Source of the DNA: Candidatus Izemoplasmatales bacterium
GTDB lineage: Bacteria; Bacillota_I; Bacilli_A; Izemoplasmatales; Hujiaoplasmataceae
Length of the DNA: 64,000 nt
Reading direction: 5' to 3'
NCBI GenBank assembly: GCA_050949045.1
Contig: JBMNEZ010000001.1
Location: 160,001-224,000, forward strand
A program made the translations under genes and the position numbers. Within the stretch, counting starts at the first letter, position 1, and the number at the start of each line of letters is the position of its first letter. The notes beneath the pieces are model-generated. The model was not told the DNA's origin. It did no database searches and saw only the letters and a program-made list of their open reading frames with translations. Of this stretch, positions 58,557 through 64,000 are shown piece after piece.

Positions 58557-59617
58557 AACAGTACTATCAAGATCTTGTGAATCTTCCGGGGATATCCGGG
58601 CATGAGAAAATCGTCAGAAAGTATCTGAGGGAAAAACTGGAAAAAATAGCAGAAAACGTCTACCAGGACAAACTCGGATCGATTTTTGGCGTGATCAACG
58701 AGAAAAAAGACGGGCCCACCGTTATGTTGGCGGGTCATATGGATGAAGTCGGGGCCATGGTTGCTGGGATAACCGACAAAGGCTTCATCAAGATGATCGC
58801 AATCGGATCGATCAATGTTCCAATAGCTTTGTCGCAATATATGACGGTTGTCACCGCCGATGGCGATGCCATCCCCGGAGTTGTCGGCGCCAAGCCGCCA
58901 CATCTTTTGCGCGACAAAGAAAACAAACAAATCGACAGCTTTGACGATCTTTTGCTTGATATCGGCGCCGATGACAAGGCTCACGCCGCACGGATGGGCG
59001 TGAAGATCGGACAGATGATCGTTTTCCAAAACAATTACCAAGAAACCAAGGACAAACAGAAGGTTTTCTCAAAAGCATGGGATAATCGTTTTGGCTGTGC
59101 GATGGCGCTCGATGTATTGGAATCAGTCGACAAGAATGAACTTCCCTGTAGGCTCTTTGCGGGCGCAACCGTTCAGGAAGAAGTCGGCTTGCGCGGAGCG
59201 AGAACCGCAGCTTACTTGATCAAACCTGATTTTTTCATTGCGGTCGACTGTTCCCCCTGCAGTGATACTTTCGAGGATTCGGATACAAGCGGGATACTCG
59301 GAGGGGGATTTATGATCCGCTTCTATGATCCCAAGTGCATCTTGCATCAGGGGGTCAGGAAGTTTATTGAGAAAACCGCTGCCAAGCACAATATCAAATA
59401 TCAATATTATAAATCGCTCGGGAGCACCGACGCAGCCGAAGTCCAGCTATCGGAAGCGGGTGTCTTGGCCTGTACGATCGGCATGCCCTCGCGGTATATC
59501 CATTCGACGACTTCAATGATCCACAAAAGCGATTATCAAGCTGTAAAAGCGATCATCATCGCAATGTTGAAGGAACTCGACAACAATAAAATCGCATCAA
59601 TCAGACAAGAAGTTTGA
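58553..59617 (+). CDS. M42 aminopeptidase
   Basis: GHMDEVG, KAWDNR, VQEEVGLRGA and RYIHS motifs. Confidence 0.93.
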   Translation: MKQYYQDLVNLPGISGHEKIVRKYLREKLEKIAENVYQDKLGSIFGVINEKKDGPTVMLAGHMDEVGAMVAGITDKGFIKMIAIGSINVPIALSQYMTVVTADGDAIPGVVGAKPPHLLRDKENKQIDSFDDLLLDIGADDKAHAARMGVKIGQMIVFQNNYQETKDKQKVFSKAWDNRFGCAMALDVLESVDKNELPCRLFAGATVQEEVGLRGARTAAYLIKPDFFIAVDCSPCSDTFEDSDTSGILGGGFMIRFYDPKCILHQGVRKFIEKTAAKHNIKYQYYKSLGSTDAAEVQLSEAGVLACTIGMPSRYIHSTTSMIHKSDYQAVKAIIIAMLKELDNNKIASIRQEV

Positions 59618-59667
59618 ACTGATATTTCTTAGGAGACCGCCATCGGCGGCTTGGAAAGGAAAAAATC

Positions 59668-60315
59668 ATGGAAAAGAAAGCAAAAAGCACCAAAGAGAGA
59701 ACTAGGGAAATGACGATACTTGCGATGTTTGTCGCGATCATCGCTGTTTTGGGACTGGTTCCCAACGGCGCCGGCGGAGCCCTCGGGTTCATCAAAATCA
59801 CCGACAACATGGAAGCGACGATCATCCACATCCCTGTGTTGATCGGTGCTGCTCTGCTCGGAAGAAAGATGGGCGTCTATCTCGGGCTGGCATTCGGCAT
59901 CATCTCGCTGATCGCCGCCTTCATTTACAACAGCCCGCTATTTTACTACCCTTGGGTATCGGTTGTGCCAAGGGTGATTTTCGGGTTTGTGATCTATGAT
60001 GTTGTCCGTTTTTTCTTAAAAATCATCAAACAGAGATATCTTGCTCTTGCGATCAGTTTCTTTATCTTGACAGTCATCCATACCCTTTTGGTGTTGTCGA
60101 TGCTGTGGACCTCGTTTTCGATGGTCTTTGATTATGATTCGCTCGGGCAGGCGTTCATCCCCTATTTGACTGCACTCAATGCTTCCGGTGTACCCATCAC
60201 GGCGCCAATTGAGGCTGTACTGGCGGCGATTGTCGGCGCAACTGTCGTCACTAGGCTGATGCCGTTTTATGGTAAAAATCAAGAATCCTTTGGCGAAGAA
60301 GAAACGCAGGTGTAA
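59668..60315 (+). CDS. panT: ECF transporter S component, probably pantothenate
   Basis: TIIHIPVLIGA and VSVVPR motifs; adjacent to coaX. Confidence 0.78.
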   Translation: MEKKAKSTKERTREMTILAMFVAIIAVLGLVPNGAGGALGFIKITDNMEATIIHIPVLIGAALLGRKMGVYLGLAFGIISLIAAFIYNSPLFYYPWVSVVPRVIFGFVIYDVVRFFLKIIKQRYLALAISFFILTVIHTLLVLSMLWTSFSMVFDYDSLGQAFIPYLTALNASGVPITAPIEAVLAAIVGATVVTRLMPFYGKNQESFGEEETQV

Positions 60316-61073
60316 TGATGATTATCCTAATTGACATTGGCAACTCCACCATCGCGATCGGAATCTCAGAATCTGGGGAATCACTGAATAAAACTTATCG
60401 GATCAACACCGAAAAGACCCGCTCTGCCGATGAGTATGCGATTACCTTGTCGCAACTGATAAGCAGCGTTTGTGAGCGGGCGATCATCGCCTCGGTCGTT
60501 CCGGAACTCAATAATGTTTTCCGCGAGTACTTTCAGAAAAAGCACGGAATAACGCCGTTGTTTCTCCAAGCCGGAGTCAAGACCGGTATCAAGATTCTCA
60601 CCGATACCCCTAGGGAAGTCGGGGCCGACTTGATCGCCAACGCTATCGCCGCAACCACCCTATATGACGCCACTTGTCTGATCATCGATCTGGGAACAGC
60701 GACGACATTCACCTACGTCGAGAATAAGAACTTGAGAGGCGTTGTCATCACGACCGGACTGATGACTTCCAGAAATGCTCTTATAAGCAAGACTTCCCTG
60801 TTGCCGCAAGTTGAGCTGGAATCACCTTCGAAACTGATTGGGACCAACTCTTCCGACAGCATCAAATCAGGTTTGATCTACGGACATGCAGCTTTGATCG
60901 ACGGCATGATCGAACGAATAAAAGACAATGTCGGTAATCCCGATCTGAAAGTCATCATCACCGGCGGACATGCACAGATCATCTACAAACATTGCCACGG
61001 CGACCTGATATTCGACGATCAGCTGATCCTCAAAGGGCTGTTGGTGCTCGATAAACTCAACAAACGTGTTTAA
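60315..61073 (+). CDS. coaX: Type III pantothenate kinase
   Basis: IDIGNS, ASVVP, EVGAD, IDLGTATT and ITGG motifs. Confidence 0.93.
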   Translation: MMIILIDIGNSTIAIGISESGESLNKTYRINTEKTRSADEYAITLSQLISSVCERAIIASVVPELNNVFREYFQKKHGITPLFLQAGVKTGIKILTDTPREVGADLIANAIAATTLYDATCLIIDLGTATTFTYVENKNLRGVVITTGLMTSRNALISKTSLLPQVELESPSKLIGTNSSDSIKSGLIYGHAALIDGMIERIKDNVGNPDLKVIITGGHAQIIYKHCHGDLIFDDQLILKGLLVLDKLNKRV

Positions 61074-61153
61074 ACATGAACAAAGGGGATCGCGACGCGA
61101 TGCCTCTTTGCTTTTCAACTTTGTTTCTATAATGGCAATCTTGGGGTGAACCA

Positions 61154-63793
61154 ATGAAGAAACTAGCGCTAATCGATGGCAACAATCTCCTTTTTCGATC
61201 TTACTACGCGACCGCTTCGACGGGTAATTTGATGCAGAGCTCGTCAGGAGTCTACACAAATGCAATCTATGGGTTTGTCATGGGGATCCAAACGATTCTC
61301 AAAATGGATTTCACGCACATTCTCGTCGCTCTCGATGCCAAAGGCGAGACGATAAGGCATATGGAGTATCCAGAATATAAAGGAACGAGAAAGCCAACTC
61401 CCTCTGAACTCGTCATGCAATTCCCCCTGTTGCGCGATTATCTCGATGCCGCCAATATTAAGTACTATGAGACCGATCACTATGAGGCCGATGACATCAT
61501 CGGTTATTTTGTCCACCACGCCAAGAAAGATTTCGATCAAGTCATCATTTTCAGCAATGACCGTGACTTGATGCAATTGATCGATGACAATGTCGTCCAA
61601 CTGGTTTCAAAACGGGGCTTTTCGGATGCGATCACCTTTGATCGCCGGCAGTTGTTCGAGACGATGGGGATTACTCCTTCGCAGATGACAGACTACAAAG
61701 GATTGGTCGGCGATCCTTCTGACAATATCCCCGGGGTTCCCGGAATCGGTGAAAAAACTGCACAGAGATTGCTCCAGACATATGGAAATCTAGAATCGAT
61801 ATATGAGCATGTCGACGACCTCAAAGGCAAAATCAAGGAGAACCTGATTGCCTATGTCGACCAGGCTCGTTTCTCCAAGCGGCTCTCGACAATCATCGTG
61901 GATTTTCCAAACGAGTTTAGAATCGATGAATTAACACGACAACACGAGGATTTAGAGAAACTTAAAGCCTTCTACGAACAACTGGAATTTCATTCCTTTA
62001 TTCGAAAGCTGAATGCTCAGAAAAACGATGGCCAGAGTTCAAAGACCATTGATGATTACCGTGAAGTGCATGAGATTACTGAAGAGATGCTATCATCGCC
62101 GATGGGAGTCCACCTTGAATTGTTCGGAACGAATTATCATACCGCCAAGAAACTTGGCTTTGGCCTGTTCGATGGAAAAAAACGATTGTTTATCCCTTAT
62201 GAGAAAGCAATCGGATCAGAGTTGTTTCTTGATTGGTTGAAGGATCCGGAAAAAAAGAAATATGTTTTCGATCTCAAGGCGATGAAAGCAGCTTTGCTTT
62301 GGGATGATATCGAAATCGACGGGTTAGCTTTCGATCTTTTGCTCGCAGCTTATCTAGTTAATCCCAACTTGACGCAGGCAGACTTCCGTGCTGTCAGCGC
62401 AGCCTTTGGCTATAACGATGTCGCCTATGATGTAGAAATTTATGGAAAGGGCGCAAAATACACCCTTCCTGACAAAAAGTTGTATCAGCTTCAAACTGTC
62501 AAAAAAGCAGAGGCGATCTGGAAACTGAAGGATGTCATTCTTGAAAAGATCGATGAACAGAACCAAAGCGCACTGTTATATGAAGTCGAGATGCCGCTTT
62601 CCGAGATTCTGGCGGAGATGGAACATACCGGAATCGCCGTCGACGACGCCAAACTAGACGAGATTGGAGAAAACCTTGAAAGTCGCATCAGTTCACTTGA
62701 AAAAGAGATCCGCCTGCTCGCAGATTCTAATGATCTCAATATCAACAGTACCCGTCAGTTAGGAATAGTGTTGTTTGAGAAACTGAATCTGCCATACTAC
62801 AAAAAAACCAAGACGGGATATTCAACCGATATTTCCGTTTTGAAGCAACTTGAAGGCTTTCATCCGATCATTTCTTTGATTATTGAGTACCGGACGCTGA
62901 CAAAACTGTACAACACATACTACGAAGGCCTTAAAAAAGCCCTCGATTTGAAACACGACGGCCGAATCCACACGATCTACAAACAGGCCGAAACCCAGAC
63001 GGGAAGGCTGTCTTCGATCGAACCTAATCTTCAGAATATTCCGATTAGGACCGAGGAAGGCAGGGAACTGCGAAAAGTCTTTGTGGCCGATCCCAGTTGT
63101 CTATTGCTTTCCTCAGACTACTCGCAAATTGAACTGAGATTGCTGGCAGAGATGGCAGACGTCAAAAAACTGAAAGAGGCGTTCAGTGACAATGTTGACG
63201 TTCATACCCACACGGCGACACTCATCTTCAAGAAAGAGCAGGTGTCTTTGGAGGAGCGGCGGGCAGCGAAAGCCGTCAATTTCGGGATTATTTACGGCAA
63301 GACAGCCTGGGGCTTGTCCGAGGATTTAAAGATTTCCCCGAAACGAGCCGAAGCTTTCATCGCAAGCTACTACGAGAATTATCCCGAAATCAAGGTGTTT
63401 ATGGAAAAGACGATCGCCGACGGCAAAGAAAGCGGATATGTCAAAACCATGTTCAACCGCAGAAGGCTGATTCCCGAATTAAACTCAAACAATTTCCAGA
63501 CCAGGGAGTTTGGCAAACGAATGGCAATGAACGCTCCGATCCAGGGAAGCGCCGCCGACGTTCTCAAGATTGCGATGGTGAAACTGAGGCAGGCGATCAA
63601 GAACAACAAAGCGAACATCAAAATGCTCTTGCAGATCCATGATGAAGTTGTTTTCCAAGTTCCTGCCTCAGAGATCGAGAGTGCGAAAAAACTTGTGATC
63701 GAGACAATGGAAAAAGCAGTCGAAACAACTGTTCCCTTGCTCGTTGAGGTTGCTTACGGAGAAGATCTCTTTGAGGTGAATGACAATGCCTGA
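61154..63793 (+). CDS. polA: DNA polymerase I
   Basis: 5'-exonuclease motifs (LIDG, YEADD, GDPSDNIPGVPGIG); polymerase motifs DYSQIELR, KAVNFGIIYG and QIHDE. Confidence 0.97.
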   Translation: MKKLALIDGNNLLFRSYYATASTGNLMQSSSGVYTNAIYGFVMGIQTILKMDFTHILVALDAKGETIRHMEYPEYKGTRKPTPSELVMQFPLLRDYLDAANIKYYETDHYEADDIIGYFVHHAKKDFDQVIIFSNDRDLMQLIDDNVVQLVSKRGFSDAITFDRRQLFETMGITPSQMTDYKGLVGDPSDNIPGVPGIGEKTAQRLLQTYGNLESIYEHVDDLKGKIKENLIAYVDQARFSKRLSTIIVDFPNEFRIDELTRQHEDLEKLKAFYEQLEFHSFIRKLNAQKNDGQSSKTIDDYREVHEITEEMLSSPMGVHLELFGTNYHTAKKLGFGLFDGKKRLFIPYEKAIGSELFLDWLKDPEKKKYVFDLKAMKAALLWDDIEIDGLAFDLLLAAYLVNPNLTQADFRAVSAAFGYNDVAYDVEIYGKGAKYTLPDKKLYQLQTVKKAEAIWKLKDVILEKIDEQNQSALLYEVEMPLSEILAEMEHTGIAVDDAKLDEIGENLESRISSLEKEIRLLADSNDLNINSTRQLGIVLFEKLNLPYYKKTKTGYSTDISVLKQLEGFHPIISLIIEYRTLTKLYNTYYEGLKKALDLKHDGRIHTIYKQAETQTGRLSSIEPNLQNIPIRTEEGRELRKVFVADPSCLLLSSDYSQIELRLLAEMADVKKLKEAFSDNVDVHTHTATLIFKKEQVSLEERRAAKAVNFGIIYGKTAWGLSEDLKISPKRAEAFIASYYENYPEIKVFMEKTIADGKESGYVKTMFNRRRLIPELNSNNFQTREFGKRMAMNAPIQGSAADVLKIAMVKLRQAIKNNKANIKMLLQIHDEVVFQVPASEIESAKKLVIETMEKAVETTVPLLVEVAYGEDLFEVNDNA

Positions 63794-64000
63794 ATTGCCT
63801 GAAGTCGAAACCGTCAAGGAGACCTTAAAGCGTCAAATCATCGGGAAAACCGTCGCTGATGTCGATATTGTCTACGGCAAGTTGATCCGAAACCAGGATC
63901 CCAATCGTTTCAAAGCGGCTCTAATTGGAAAAACCTTACAAAAGATCGAGCGTTATGGAAAGTACTTGTTTTTTGGTTTCGATGACATCGTCTTAACGGT
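63786..64000 (+). CDS. mutM: Formamidopyrimidine-DNA glycosylase (5' partial)
   Basis: MPELPEVETV...RYGKYL; follows polA. Confidence 0.93.
   Translation, partial: MPELPEVETVKETLKRQIIGKTVADVDIVYGKLIRNQDPNRFKAALIGKTLQKIERYGKYLFFGFDDIVLT

Overview
A 64-kb bacterial chromosome segment using the standard code (TGA = stop). The CcpA/cre sites, T-box, L19 leader, ECF S component, Thr-rich lipoproteins and OppF insertion suggest a low-GC Bacillota lineage, plausibly Izemoplasmatales/Acholeplasma-like; this is inference only. Contents in order: (1) 1-10.5 kb, a glycan/lipoprotein locus (GH3 x2, LytTR/GHKL pair, GT2, Lgt-like, glf) that is a decayed tandem duplication with reciprocal gene loss; (2) a Thr-rich two-repeat lipoprotein; (3) a SagB-type nitroreductase and the folate-dependent histidine utilisation operon; (4) TetR plus a MacB-like ABC transporter; (5) a three-gene operon encoding a degenerate class III (PycC-like) cyclase fold, a Bacteroides-type serine palmitoyltransferase and a KDSR-like SDR, i.e. 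candidate sphingoid-base synthesis; (6) NUDIX, YjbQ, LtaS-like, GTP-PEPCK, NYN, carbamate kinase, OsmC; (7) an Opp system whose binding protein appears circularly permuted, with an RCC1-propeller in OppC and a large insertion in OppF; (8) housekeeping genes including rimM-trmD-rplS, ccpA, T-box/tyrS, a P1B ATPase, pepV, trmB, panT, coaX, polA and partial mutM. I saw no CRISPR array, rRNA, tRNA or transposase. All family calls come from motif recognition by eye, without database searches.
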